A DNA stretch of 64,000 nt from a candidate division WOR-3 bacterium (GTDB lineage: Bacteria > Hydrothermota > Hydrothermia > LBFQ01). Of the stretch, positions 38,658 to 49,053 are shown piece after piece; the stretch's first letter is position 1, and the number at the start of each line of letters is the position of its first letter. The notes under the pieces were generated by a model. The model saw only the letters and a program-made list of their open reading frames with translations. It had not been told where the DNA came from and ran no database searches. The DNA is taken from assembly GCA_039802605.1 (NCBI GenBank), contig JBDRWW010000001.1, forward strand, positions 192,001-256,000, in the 5' to 3' direction. Made by a program: the position numbers and the translations under genes.

Positions 38658-40298
38658 TTATTTTATGGGCAAAGGACTGAAAGGAGAAAAGGCTCCTTCT
38701 ACGAAGTATGTTGCCCTGAACACATCGTAGAAAACTGGTGAGTAGTTGATTACTATAAGCAATACCGCTATGCCTATCCAAACCTTCCAATTATCCCATA
38801 TGGGTGAAAGGTTTGCCTCGGGATGATAAGATTCGGCGTAATCAATTTCAACGACTTCAACTTCCCTTTCCTTCTTTCCAAAAACCGTACCGAGGAAGTT
38901 TATCAGGAATATCACGAAGGATATAAACATCAATATACCGCCTATTGCGGCAATAATCATAAATATTTTCTCCTCGGGCTCCATATAAGGTGAAAGTCCG
39001 AGGTTTGTCCTTCTGGGAATGCCGGCCCTTCCCAATTGCATCATACCCCAGGAGAATATTAAAACGCCTATAAGCCAAAGGTATGCCGATAGGGTTCCCA
39101 ACCTTTCGCTAAAAATCCTCTTACCCATGAGTTTGTTTGTTAAATAAAGGGATAATCCGAGGAATGTTAGGAACACGGCCGAACCAAGGGTTAAATGGAA
39201 ATGGCCGGGTATCCAGGATGTGTTATGTACCACTTGGTTCATATTGTAAGAGGCATTGACTATACCGCTTATTCCACCGAATATAAATGCTATCATGCCG
39301 GAAATCATATATGCAAAGAGATAATTACCCCACGGGAGTTTTAACCACCAACCAAACAGGCCGTTTCCACCCCTCTGCCTTGCGGCGTATTCAAGGGATG
39401 CCGCAACGGTAAAGGCTGTTATAAGGGATGGAACCGCAACCATAAATGTAAAGAAGGCGTGCAGGCCCTTCCAAACATTGGTAATGCCTGGATCCGAGTA
39501 TTGGTGATGAACACCTACGGGTACGGAGAATACGATAAACATTATAAAAGCTAGTCTTGCGGCCGTTGCGGAGTATAATTTTCCGCCGATTACCTTTGGA
39601 AGAATGTAATACCATGCGAGGTATGCGGGCAATAGCCAGAAATAAACCAATGGGTGTCCAAACCACCAGAAAAGCGTCCTCGCGAGTTGTGGGTTTATTG
39701 ATTTAACTATGCCCAAGGACCAAGGGATTAGGAAAAACAGAACCTCTATTGCAACACCCAAGGTTGCCAAAAACCACACGGAGTATATGGAAATAACGGC
39801 CACCATGGGACCGGGCGTCCTCTGGCCCGGATTATTCTTCCTCCACCTGAGGAAGGTTAAAATGGTGTTCAGAATTGCTATCCAAGAACCCACTATTAAC
39901 AAAGTGGCGCCTATGTAAAATAGTGGGTGGGCTTGTAGGGGTGGGTAAAAGGTATATAGAACCGTAGCCTTATTGGTTAAAAGCGTGTAAGCCGCCAAAA
40001 CTGCACCCAAAAGCATGACAAAGAAGGATAGATAAACCAGGGTTTTATTCAGCCTCTCCTTCAAACTCGTTTCGGTTATAACATAAAGGAATCCTACTAT
40101 AAAGAATGTTGTAAAGACGACGGCGTTAAGGACACCGTGCATTGTTAAGCCTTGATAGTAAAGGTTCGGAGATATGACATATATTCCAGCCCTTGATAAA
40201 ACTTGGAGGAGTCCGAAAATTACACCTATGGTTATGGATGCTATGGCAACATATATATGCCACATAACGGCGGAACGCAAATATCCTTCCATTTTCAT
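38658..40298 (-). CDS. cbaA: ba3-type (B-family) cytochrome c oxidase subunit I
   Basis: WWFGHPLVY, HHQY, GHFH and PRRT motifs. ATG 40298 follows GGAGG. Confidence 0.95.
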   Translation of the reverse strand: MKMEGYLRSAVMWHIYVAIASITIGVIFGLLQVLSRAGIYVISPNLYYQGLTMHGVLNAVVFTTFFIVGFLYVITETSLKERLNKTLVYLSFFVMLLGAVLAAYTLLTNKATVLYTFYPPLQAHPLFYIGATLLIVGSWIAILNTILTFLRWRKNNPGQRTPGPMVAVISIYSVWFLATLGVAIEVLFFLIPWSLGIVKSINPQLARTLFWWFGHPLVYFWLLPAYLAWYYILPKVIGGKLYSATAARLAFIMFIVFSVPVGVHHQYSDPGITNVWKGLHAFFTFMVAVPSLITAFTVAASLEYAARQRGGNGLFGWWLKLPWGNYLFAYMISGMIAFIFGGISGIVNASYNMNQVVHNTSWIPGHFHLTLGSAVFLTFLGLSLYLTNKLMGKRIFSERLGTLSAYLWLIGVLIFSWGMMQLGRAGIPRRTNLGLSPYMEPEEKIFMIIAAIGGILMFISFVIFLINFLGTVFGKKEREVEVVEIDYAESYHPEANLSPIWDNWKVWIGIAVLLIVINYSPVFYDVFRATYFVEGAFSPFSPLPIK

Positions 40299-40309
40299 AA
40301 CCCACCTCC

Positions 40310-40747
40310 TCATTTAACTATTATTTCCCCATACATCGCCTGATGCCCTATACCGCAGAACTCGTGGCAAACAAACCTATAAACACCCGGCTTGTTAAAC
40401 ACTACCTCGGCTTTATTCACAGCCCCCGGAATGGCCATAAGGTTAACCGCTCTCCCCTCTATCTCAAAACCGTGTTGCACATCGATGGATGTGGTATAAA
40501 TTATAACCTTTGAACCGGCCGGGATTTCTATACTGTTGGGTTCAAATGCCCACATCCTCGCCAATAATTGAACCTGATATTCCTTATCCGATAGTTTTAT
40601 TACTTTACCCTCTTTGAAAGGTGGGAAATCGGTTAAACAGGTTGGGACATCTATGCCCTTTAAGGCCGCAAGGCCAACAACGGCAAAGAAGAACACCAAA
40701 ACCAGCGCAAACGCCAACTTTATGGCTAAACTCTCGAACCTATCCAT
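40310..40747 (-). CDS. cbaB: ba3-type cytochrome c oxidase subunit II
   Basis: CuA motif H...CHEFCGIGHQAM. Confidence 0.95.
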   Translation of the reverse strand: MDRFESLAIKLAFALVLVFFFAVVGLAALKGIDVPTCLTDFPPFKEGKVIKLSDKEYQVQLLARMWAFEPNSIEIPAGSKVIIYTTSIDVQHGFEIEGRAVNLMAIPGAVNKAEVVFNKPGVYRFVCHEFCGIGHQAMYGEIIVK

Positions 40748-40750
40748 ACC

Positions 40751-40876
40751 TCAACCTCCTCTGTAAATTACCAAAAGCGCGTATATTGAGAACCACATAA
40801 CCGCGTATAGAAGTATCATCCCTACAAAAAATGCTATTGCACCCTTTGGCACGAATTTTTCATTTTGCCCTTTCAT
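40751..40876 (-). CDS. cbaD: ba3-type oxidase subunit IIa (not in the ORF track)
   Basis: 41-aa MKGQNEKFVPKGAIAFFVGMILLYAVMWFSIYALLVIYRGG with the PKGA...W...Y...RG signature, directly upstream of cbaB. Confidence 0.85.
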   Translation of the reverse strand: MKGQNEKFVPKGAIAFFVGMILLYAVMWFSIYALLVIYRGG

Positions 40877-40886
40877 GGCAGAAAAT

Positions 40887-40913
40887 ATTATAAGGGTGTA
40901 AAGTTATTGTCAA
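40887..40913 (-). promoter_or_regulatory. Sigma70-type promoter of cbaDBA
   Basis: TTGACA-15 nt-TATAAT, 10 nt before the cbaD ATG. Confidence 0.6.
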
Positions 40914-40944
40914 GTAAAAAAGTTTGGTAGTCGTTATGCACGAC

Positions 40945-40973
40945 TTGAAAAACGAATTTCACGGCCTTAAAAT
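40945..40973 (+). promoter_or_regulatory. Sigma70-type promoter (leaderless arrangement)
   Basis: TTGAAA-17 nt-TAAAAT, 8 nt before ATG 40982. Confidence 0.65.
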
Positions 40974-40981
40974 ATCAAGTG

Positions 40982-42478
40982 ATGAAAATAGAATTAATTT
41001 TATTAGCAATTGCCCTAAATATGGGGATTTTGTACGCGAGCAGTTCCTCTTTTGCTTTCACCTTTGGGAAAAACCAAAACGAGTACTCGTACGGCGTTAT
41101 GGAAACCCCGGACGGGTATGTATTGGTGGGTGAGGCCCTGCTGGGCGGTGGTGGGAAAACGGATGCAACGGCCATAAAGTTAAATCCTATGGGTTCTCTT
41201 ATTTGGTATAAAACTTATGGGAAAAACGATAGGGATGTTATGAGGTTTCCGTTTATATCGGATGATGGAAACTATATACACTTCGGATATACGGATTTTT
41301 CGGGTATTATAACCATTAGGAGACCCACATCCATAAAAACCGACCCCAACGGGAACCTTATATGGACGAAGGCTTATAACATTTCCGGTGAATTCTTAGG
41401 GGTTATAAAACATCCCGGTGAGTTTGTGGCCGTTGGAAGGGATTATCTTGGAAACGGTATTTTAGCGTTTCTAACTTCGGATGCGAATATAAGGGATTTT
41501 AAAACATACTCTTCCGGAAGTTTGTACGGTGTCGCCCCTGACGGTTTTGGGGGATTTATACTTGTTGGGCAAAAGAATAACAACGGTTGGATAATGAGGG
41601 TGGATAATAGCGGTAATGTTTTATGGTCAAGGGAGTATGGGGGAAGTAATGTAGACATATTTAAAGAGGTTGTTGTATTACCACCTTATGCATATGTTGG
41701 GGGTTCTACACAATCCGCCGGTGCGGGCAATTGGGATGTGTGGATTTTAAAGGTTGATATAACGGATGGCGATGTTATATTCTCAAAGACATATGGGGGT
41801 ACAAACGAAGATGAAATTAGGAGTTTGATGCCAAAAGGTTCAAAGATAGGGGTTTTGGCATATACGAGGAGTTGGGGTTTCGGGGGTGCCGAATTCTGGT
41901 TCTTTGAAATAGATTTGAACGGAAATCTTTTAGCCTCATATACCTATGGAGGAAACGGCGACGATTTTCCTCAGATGGGTAAAACAACATCCGATGGCGG
42001 TTATGTTTTGGTTGGATATTCCCAAACGGCGGCATTTACATCCGGAAGGGCATACGACCACTTTATAGTTAAAATAAGTGCAGGCGGTTTTTCCTGTATA
42101 AACAGCGGAAGCCCTATCCCCGTTATAACCGATTTCATCCCCATTATAAGCTACCTTGCGGAATCCCCCACCACCTCAACGCCGGCTTTCAATTGGATAA
42201 GCTTCACATCCACCTCACCCGATTTGGATATAACGCAGGTCTGCTCCCCACTTGGAGGGGATGACGAGTTATCCGTATTTGAGAGGTACAAAGGTATTTA
42301 TTCCATAAATCTATACGGGAATACATTGAGGATAAGCGCTTATGGAAACGAAATCGGTGTATTTACGGTGGATGGTAGGGTTGTTATTAATGCCGTAAAC
42401 GGATTGGAAGCAAAATTGCCCAGAGGGATATACAAGGTTAAGGTGGGAAGGGATATACACACTATTGTTGTGCGATAA
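40982..42478 (+). CDS. Secreted beta-propeller repeat protein with T9SS-like C-terminal domain
   Basis: Signal peptide; repeats of GN.lW.KTYGG...D; CTD VFTVDGR...RGIYKVKV. Confidence 0.8.
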   Translation: MKIELILLAIALNMGILYASSSSFAFTFGKNQNEYSYGVMETPDGYVLVGEALLGGGGKTDATAIKLNPMGSLIWYKTYGKNDRDVMRFPFISDDGNYIHFGYTDFSGIITIRRPTSIKTDPNGNLIWTKAYNISGEFLGVIKHPGEFVAVGRDYLGNGILAFLTSDANIRDFKTYSSGSLYGVAPDGFGGFILVGQKNNNGWIMRVDNSGNVLWSREYGGSNVDIFKEVVVLPPYAYVGGSTQSAGAGNWDVWILKVDITDGDVIFSKTYGGTNEDEIRSLMPKGSKIGVLAYTRSWGFGGAEFWFFEIDLNGNLLASYTYGGNGDDFPQMGKTTSDGGYVLVGYSQTAAFTSGRAYDHFIVKISAGGFSCINSGSPIPVITDFIPIISYLAESPTTSTPAFNWISFTSTSPDLDITQVCSPLGGDDELSVFERYKGIYSINLYGNTLRISAYGNEIGVFTVDGRVVINAVNGLEAKLPRGIYKVKVGRDIHTIVVR

Positions 42479-44174
42479 CCTTATTGAATTCCGGGCATAA
42501 GCGTTTTAAAGTTTTTATATCACCGTCGCATACAATTTCCCCGTTTTCAAGGACCAAAATCCTATCCCCCCAATTAATAGTTGTAGGTTTATGCGCCACG
42601 ACTAAAAGGGTTGTATCGTTTAAGGTCTTTAAAAGGTTATAAACCGCCGATTCGTTTTTTAAATCCAGTGCGCTTGTGGGTTCATCCATTATTAAAAAGG
42701 ATGGATTTCTCAACAAAACCCTCCCTATTGCTATCCTCTGCTTTTCCCCTCCCGAAAGTTTTCCTTTTAGGTTTAAGACTTCTTCACCAAGCCTATCCTT
42801 CAAATGCTCCAAATTAAGGGATGATAATATTTCCAGGGGGTTTTTTCCAAAATTCTCCAAAAGTGTATCCTCAAAAATATACGGTTCCTGTGGGACAAAA
42901 CCTATTAACTCCCTCCATTTCTTTACATCGTAATCGTATAAACTTTTGCCATCTAAAAGGATTTCTCCCTTATAAGGTTTTACAAATCCGGCCAGGAGTT
43001 CAACAAATGTGGTTTTTCCCGAACCGGACTTTCCCACAACCACGATCTTTTCACCCCTTTTAATCCGCAAATGCGGAATCCTTAAAACGGATTTTTGTCC
43101 GTATTTAACCTCAACATTCCTTAATTCCAAAACCTCCCAATTTCTTGGGTCAAGGTTTCCCCAAACCTCCTTTGGTAGATCGTAAATCTCCTTTAACCTT
43201 TTGAGGCTAACCCTTGCGGTTTGCAGGTATGCCAAACTCTGGAAGATAAGTTTCAATGGCCTTATCGTTGAGAGGGAGGCGGCCAGGAATACTATAAAAG
43301 CGTCCGGTGAAACCGTACCGGTTTTGTATATGAAATATCCGGATAGTAGGAGTATTAAAGAGGCGCTAATACCCACAAGGCTTTCCGAGAGTATTGGGGC
43401 CAATGCGGCGGAAAATTCCAGTTTCAAGTATTTTTTGAAAAGGTTTTGTGAATACCTGTTAAACTTTAACTTGAATTTTTCGGCCAAATTTAAGGATTTT
43501 ATAACCTTTATCCCATCAAAGGTGTGCGCCAAAAAGGATGTCGTATCCCCTAAAGCGTTCATGGCTTTTTGCGCCCTCCTCTTTATGGTGCTTGATATAA
43601 TCCAACCCAACAATGCGGATAAGAAGAGGATACCCCAAGCGAAAAAACTCAATATGGGGGCCGATGTTATGGCCAATATTACAAAAATTAGCAGGTTCAA
43701 ACCATCCCCCACGATAGAACCCAAACCATCCCTAACGGCGAGTTTTACATTGTTTATTTCTACAGTTAAACGACCTATAATATCGCCAGACCGCAGGTTT
43801 TTAACGCTTTCAAAATCCGCATCGATTAAAGAGGAAAAAACCCCATTCCTTAAATCCCTACCTATGACCTCTTGTAGGAATAGTATGCCGAACTTTTTAG
43901 CGGAATTAACAATTAGTTTTGCCAAAAATATAAAAGCCACAAATAGGGAAAGGTTTCTTATGTTTTGAAAGGGATCCCCGCTTATTAAGAAGTTCTCTAT
44001 AAATCCCTTTAAAGGCTTCAAGGCGGGTATCAGGTTTATTTCCCCCTCTGACGATAGTAGAACCCTGAGAATTATCGGCAGTACGGATATTGATATACCC
44101 TCAAGTCCCGATGAAATTAAGCTAAAAAGGGAATATACGGCAAAAAGTGATATGTAAATGGGTTTAACCCTCAT
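42462..44174 (-). CDS. ABC transporter, fused permease/ATPase (MsbA-like)
   Basis: N-terminal TMD plus GKSGSGKT, LSGGEKQR and DEPTSALD motifs. Confidence 0.9.
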   Translation of the reverse strand: MRVKPIYISLFAVYSLFSLISSGLEGISISVLPIILRVLLSSEGEINLIPALKPLKGFIENFLISGDPFQNIRNLSLFVAFIFLAKLIVNSAKKFGILFLQEVIGRDLRNGVFSSLIDADFESVKNLRSGDIIGRLTVEINNVKLAVRDGLGSIVGDGLNLLIFVILAITSAPILSFFAWGILFLSALLGWIISSTIKRRAQKAMNALGDTTSFLAHTFDGIKVIKSLNLAEKFKLKFNRYSQNLFKKYLKLEFSAALAPILSESLVGISASLILLLSGYFIYKTGTVSPDAFIVFLAASLSTIRPLKLIFQSLAYLQTARVSLKRLKEIYDLPKEVWGNLDPRNWEVLELRNVEVKYGQKSVLRIPHLRIKRGEKIVVVGKSGSGKTTFVELLAGFVKPYKGEILLDGKSLYDYDVKKWRELIGFVPQEPYIFEDTLLENFGKNPLEILSSLNLEHLKDRLGEEVLNLKGKLSGGEKQRIAIGRVLLRNPSFLIMDEPTSALDLKNESAVYNLLKTLNDTTLLVVAHKPTTINWGDRILVLENGEIVCDGDIKTLKRLCPEFNKVIAQQ

Positions 44175-44515
44175 TCCGAATAAGATGCCCCGAATTCATC
44201 CGTTTCCCAAACTATAACCTCTTCAACATTGGGAAACTTTTCCTTTACCCTTTTGAACACCCACTCCGCCAACCTCTCCGAGGTTGAATTTCCCGGTATT
44301 AAATCGTTTATGTTAATCCGATGGGGTAAAATTTTCATTAAAAAATCCTTTACCTCCAAAAAATCAACCACGTATTCCTCTCCGTTTAAATCGCCACCTA
44401 TAACGACCTCAACCCTGTAATTGTGCCCGTGAAGGGGTTCGGCCTTTCCCTTATAACTTTTAAGATAATGCGCCCCACAAAAGGTATGCCTTACCCTAAC
44501 CTTAAACTTTCCCAT
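44171..44515 (-). CDS. 6-pyruvoyl-tetrahydropterin synthase family protein (ExxHGH, PTPS-III-like)
   Basis: GAH...AEPLHGHNY...VDF...TSE...VWET. Confidence 0.85.
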   Translation of the reverse strand: MGKFKVRVRHTFCGAHYLKSYKGKAEPLHGHNYRVEVVIGGDLNGEEYVVDFLEVKDFLMKILPHRININDLIPGNSTSERLAEWVFKRVKEKFPNVEEVIVWETDEFGASYSE

Positions 44516-44527
44516 TTATAAAAAAAG

Positions 44528-44601
44528 CGCCCCAGGAGGGAATCGAACCCCCGACCTGCGGCTTAGGAAGCCGCCGCTCTATCCTACTGAGCTACTGGGG
44601 C
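44528..44601 (-). tRNA. tRNA-Arg (CCT), CCA not encoded
   Basis: GCCCCAG/CTGGGGC acceptor stem, anticodon loop TTCCTAA, GGTTCGATTCC T-arm. Confidence 0.95.
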
Positions 44602-44671
44602 GAGACGGATATTATAAGGGTGTTTTTATTTCTACAACAAAAAAGCCAAACCCCCTTACAATACACCGCTT

Positions 44672-47600
44672 ATGAACGCCGAAAGGGTAAAATGGATAAT
44701 CTTTATTTTGGTGTTCCTTTTCGTATCCTTTGTATATTTTAAGACAACCGCTCCGACCACTGCATTTTGGGATGTGGGTGAATTCCTAGCAGCGGCGCAT
44801 ATCCTCGGAGTCCCACACCCGCCCGGCACGCCGTTTTATGTGATCTTGGCAAAGTTTTTTGACCTATTACCGATTCCTGCGGCGGAACTATACTCTTTGA
44901 TAAACGGGGGAATAAAGGCAAACCCAGCCGTTTTAAAAATGACACTTATACCCATACTCATGGGCGGTTTAAACGCCGCTTTGGTATACCTCTTGGCCTA
45001 TGAGGTTTTAAAGATTGTGGATAAAGAAAGTGCCTTTCCCGATTGGGTTTTACATGTTTTTGCAGCCGCGGGGGCATTAACCATGGCCTTTGCTAGGATA
45101 GTATGGTTTGATTCCATAGAGGTGGAAACATATGCCCCCGGCGCATTTTTTGGAATATTGGCCCTGTATTTTGGCCTTTTATGGTATAAAAACAAGGACG
45201 ACAACAACTCTTTGAAATGGTTAATACTAGGGGTTTATTCAATAATGTTGGGTACGGGCATTCACCTAACGGTTCTTTTTGCCCTACCCCCTTTATTCTT
45301 TTTGGTTTGGGTTGCAAAACCAAAGCTCTTGTGGGATAGAATAGCCATAGGTCTTTTTGGAGCCATGTTTTCCTTATTCTTTCTGATGTTTTTAACTTAT
45401 GAACAAAACGGCCCGGTTTTGTTGTTTGGGATTTCATATCTGTTGATGTTTTGGTATATGGTGTTGGATAAAAAACTCTCAAAACTAACCGATCCTCTGA
45501 CTTTATTGTTTTTACTCGGAGCATTTCTTGCCGGTTTTGGAATCGTTCAGAAAAACTCCCAGTTTTTAACATTGGGTACATTTTTATCCGTTGCTTCAAT
45601 GTTTGTAGCGGGAAGGATGTGGGAGGATTGGAAGGGTTGGGTGTTTATGGTGATTTTGGTGGGGTTTTCAATAGAGTTTTGGATAATCGCGAGGGCTTAT
45701 TACCTCCACATGCATCCCCTTGATGCCAGGATAAACGAGGGGGATCCATATACTTGGCAAGCCTTTATGGATGTCCTTTTGAGAAAACAATACGAACCGG
45801 CAAATATATTACCCAGAAGGATAGAACTAATTGACCAGATAAAGGTTTTCTTAATGTGGTTTGGATGGCAGTTTAACGCATCAACATACAATGTTTTAGA
45901 CCCGCAGAAAATCGCAAATATGACCCTATTTGACCATATAGGGCCTTTTGGAATATTCGCCATAGCATTGGGGATTTTGGGCATGTGGGAACACTTTGTT
46001 AAAGACAACAAAGATAGGGGTACGTTTGTCCTCGTGGGTATTGCAACACTGCTGGCTGGTATAGGTTTCTTCATAGCATTTAACTTTAAAGATTCTCCAA
46101 CGCATCCCGTAAACCCCTTTAACGCCCAATTTGGAAATGTTGAGGTTAGAAACAGGGATTATTTCTACCATCCGTTTTACCAACTTTGGGGTTTGTATTT
46201 AGCAATCGGTATGTTTTACCTCGGGAAGATTTTAACGGATTACTTAAAAAACTACCTTTATGCGGCCTTGTCCCTTACGGTTTTGGGTGTATTTATGGTA
46301 TATCTTCAAATAACCCAACACGCAAAACTCAACATCAGAACCGCAAACTATATACCCGAAGATTTCGCGCATAACATTCTGGTTTCCGCAAAGTCGGATA
46401 AAGGGGTATTTATGACAAACGGGGATAACGATACATTTCCCGTATGGTTTGTACAAGAAGTATTAAAGAGGAAATGGGGCCTTATAAACGCAAACCTATC
46501 CCTGCTCAATACGAATTGGTACATAAGGGAATTGAAACACTGGGGTGCCCCCATAAGTTTTTCGGATGAGGACATATATAGGCTTCCCCCTATAATTGAA
46601 GGCGGCGGTGAAAGGGGCTTCCTATACCTAAGGGATTTGGCCATAAGGGATATGATAGCAACGGCCGTTGGATATAAAACGGATAATTATCGCGAGATAT
46701 TGGGTATGGATGGAAAACCCATAAGGGTACCCGCCATATACTTGGCGGATAACTTAACCTTTGCCAAGGAGGTTTTTGAGGGTAAGGAATTCTCAATGCC
46801 TATATACTTCTCCTTGACCTCAGACCCGGAAGTCTTTGCCGGTTGGGAACAATATATGGTACTTGAAGGAATGCTTTTAAGACTAACGGGGCAAAGGCAG
46901 CAAAAAACCATAGGTTTGGGCGCAGTAGATGCAGAATGGACGGATAAACTCATAACTGGGGGTTCGGATAACCCCGTTGAATATGTAAAGAAGGCATCTT
47001 TGAACTACTACGAGGAACCGAGGTTGGACAGGTGGTATTATAGAAGCCTATTTGACGATAGGGTTCCGAAGAACGAGGATCATCTAAGGCTTTTGAGGAA
47101 TTACGCATCCGCAACTTTAACGCTCGCCGCGCACTATACTTCCGAAGGGAATTACGACCGGGCGGAAAAGTTGTTTGACCTTGGAGAAATGTTTGTGAAA
47201 AAATCGGTTGAAGATCTTCAAAGGGATATTGAAAGCGATCCGCAAATTTTTGCAATAAGGTTGTCAAGGGCTTATATAAGTATGAGGTTGGGGAAATTCA
47301 AAGAGGCGGAAAGGGTTTTGAGGAAGTATTCTAAAAACCTTCCCGATGGCGAATATAAATGGAGATTGGCTTTAATAAAGCTGTACGAGGGGAAAACCGA
47401 TAGCGCCGCCGAACTCGCAAAGGTACTTATAACCTATGTACCCGAAGAAGACCCCGTTTGGGGAATATCCCTTGATACGCTTTACACCCTTCTGCCCGCG
47501 GACAGCTTGATAAACATATCTTATAAGGCATTTGAGGGGGGAAAACTCGACCTATCCCTAAAACTCCTTGAAAAATCCAATACCACGCAAGCGGTTAAAA

Positions 47601-47821
47601 ACTGGGCGGGTATGTTAATAAACGCCGTTAAATACCAAGATGAAAATATTTTCAAGTCTTTGGCCTCCTACGCGCCCTTTGATACAACGAAGGCCGGGGC
47701 TTGGAAATCCGAATTGGATAGGTTATACGGTTCTTTGAGTAAGTATTTCTCACGGCTTGGGGATACGACAACGGCAAATAGGTTTGAAGAATACAGAAAA
47801 ATTTACGCCGAACAGAAATGA
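44672..47821 (+). CDS. DUF2723 / TMEM260-like GT-C membrane protein with C-terminal TPR-like region
   Basis: FWDVGEF...LGVPHPPGTPFY, EVETY, RNRDYFY and TNGDNDTFP motifs. Confidence 0.85.
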   Translation: MNAERVKWIIFILVFLFVSFVYFKTTAPTTAFWDVGEFLAAAHILGVPHPPGTPFYVILAKFFDLLPIPAAELYSLINGGIKANPAVLKMTLIPILMGGLNAALVYLLAYEVLKIVDKESAFPDWVLHVFAAAGALTMAFARIVWFDSIEVETYAPGAFFGILALYFGLLWYKNKDDNNSLKWLILGVYSIMLGTGIHLTVLFALPPLFFLVWVAKPKLLWDRIAIGLFGAMFSLFFLMFLTYEQNGPVLLFGISYLLMFWYMVLDKKLSKLTDPLTLLFLLGAFLAGFGIVQKNSQFLTLGTFLSVASMFVAGRMWEDWKGWVFMVILVGFSIEFWIIARAYYLHMHPLDARINEGDPYTWQAFMDVLLRKQYEPANILPRRIELIDQIKVFLMWFGWQFNASTYNVLDPQKIANMTLFDHIGPFGIFAIALGILGMWEHFVKDNKDRGTFVLVGIATLLAGIGFFIAFNFKDSPTHPVNPFNAQFGNVEVRNRDYFYHPFYQLWGLYLAIGMFYLGKILTDYLKNYLYAALSLTVLGVFMVYLQITQHAKLNIRTANYIPEDFAHNILVSAKSDKGVFMTNGDNDTFPVWFVQEVLKRKWGLINANLSLLNTNWYIRELKHWGAPISFSDEDIYRLPPIIEGGGERGFLYLRDLAIRDMIATAVGYKTDNYREILGMDGKPIRVPAIYLADNLTFAKEVFEGKEFSMPIYFSLTSDPEVFAGWEQYMVLEGMLLRLTGQRQQKTIGLGAVDAEWTDKLITGGSDNPVEYVKKASLNYYEEPRLDRWYYRSLFDDRVPKNEDHLRLLRNYASATLTLAAHYTSEGNYDRAEKLFDLGEMFVKKSVEDLQRDIESDPQIFAIRLSRAYISMRLGKFKEAERVLRKYSKNLPDGEYKWRLALIKLYEGKTDSAAELAKVLITYVPEEDPVWGISLDTLYTLLPADSLINISYKAFEGGKLDLSLKLLEKSNTTQAVKNWAGMLINAVKYQDENIFKSLASYAPFDTTKAGAWKSELDRLYGSLSKYFSRLGDTTTANRFEEYRKIYAEQK

Positions 47822-49053
47822 TACCCCTTGACCCCAGAAACATATTTTGTTTTGGGTTTTGTTTTTGGGTACCGGATTCTTCGCAGTTTTCACTAAACCT
47901 TTACAGTAGGAATAATCCTTATGCCGGTTTTGTTGAATTCACCCCGCAAATATCTTTAAAAATTGGGAATTTCGGGGTTTTGGTTGGGATGAGCGCCTTC
48001 AACGGTAGGTCAAAGCTCATAAATAAGGAGGATTGGAACCCTTATAGGGAGTATTCCCTTGAAATAGTTGATTGGAAGGGGGAACCCGTTATAACAAAAT
48101 ATCCATTATTTGAGGCCTTGCAATACAGGGCTTTTGGGTGGCTTGACTACGGTTTCATAAAAGTTAAAATGGGGAGGGATTATTTAAAGGTTAGCCACTC
48201 CTTAAGGTATCCCCTTTTGTTTTCCGGATGGGGCTATCCCTTGGACTGGTTTTATTTGGTGGAAGGGGGATATAGGGGTTTAAGGGGATATGCGGGTTTT
48301 GCGAGGGTTCCATCAAATTTTTATGAAAACAAGAGGTTGGCCTTTCAAAGGCTTGAATGGGAATTCTGGAAGGTGAAACTAGGTATAACGGAAATGGTGG
48401 TTTATACGAGGGATGATACCTGGAAATACGCAAACCCATTCGTGCTGTATTATGTGGTTCAGAGGAGGGAATCGGATAACGATGACAACCTATTTTTACA
48501 CCTTGATGCGACCATTGATTTGGGCCTTATGGAATTTTATGGGGAATTTATGGGGGATGACCCCTCGGTCTTTCATGGGGAAGGGCAGGCACCCCTTATG
48601 GGTTTTACGGGTGGGTTTAGAATTGATGGGAATTACGGGTTTTTCAACATGGAAGGTTCGGCGGTTTTACCTTTCACATACGCCCATTTCACATATAAAA
48701 ACACATTTGACGCTTTGGGATTACCCTTGGCGACATATCTAGGGCAGGATTACACATCCCTCTACTCAATCTATTCTTTTAAGGGGTTTTTTGCGGACTT
48801 TGAATACATATTGCACGGCAATACACCCTTTGGATTACCCTTCGAGGAATCCGGCTTACCACCTACGGGTGAATTCCCAAGAAAACCCAGAAGTGAGTGG
48901 TTTAGGTTTGGATTGGGTATTCGCGATGTGAATTTTGATTTATCAATAGCATATTTCGGATTATCGGGAAGGCTGGGATTTGATGTAATAAACGGAAAGT
49001 TTTACCCGGCGTGGTCTTTTGTTTGGTTTTCTTCTCTTAAATGGGGAATATGA
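47818..49053 (+). CDS. Capsule assembly Wzi-like outer-membrane protein
   Basis: GRD, RLE, E.VVY, NPF, DN and YGEFMGDD pattern. Confidence 0.6.
   Translation: MIPLDPRNIFCFGFCFWVPDSSQFSLNLYSRNNPYAGFVEFTPQISLKIGNFGVLVGMSAFNGRSKLINKEDWNPYREYSLEIVDWKGEPVITKYPLFEALQYRAFGWLDYGFIKVKMGRDYLKVSHSLRYPLLFSGWGYPLDWFYLVEGGYRGLRGYAGFARVPSNFYENKRLAFQRLEWEFWKVKLGITEMVVYTRDDTWKYANPFVLYYVVQRRESDNDDNLFLHLDATIDLGLMEFYGEFMGDDPSVFHGEGQAPLMGFTGGFRIDGNYGFFNMEGSAVLPFTYAHFTYKNTFDALGLPLATYLGQDYTSLYSIYSFKGFFADFEYILHGNTPFGLPFEESGLPPTGEFPRKPRSEWFRFGLGIRDVNFDLSIAYFGLSGRLGFDVINGKFYPAWSFVWFSSLKWGI

Noticed and set aside
41100..42050. Possible DNA repeat array
   Set aside because: The repeats are degenerate protein-level propeller blades, not nucleotide repeats or CRISPR.
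43201..43968. 255-aa plus-strand ORF
   Set aside because: Antisense shadow of the ABC transporter.
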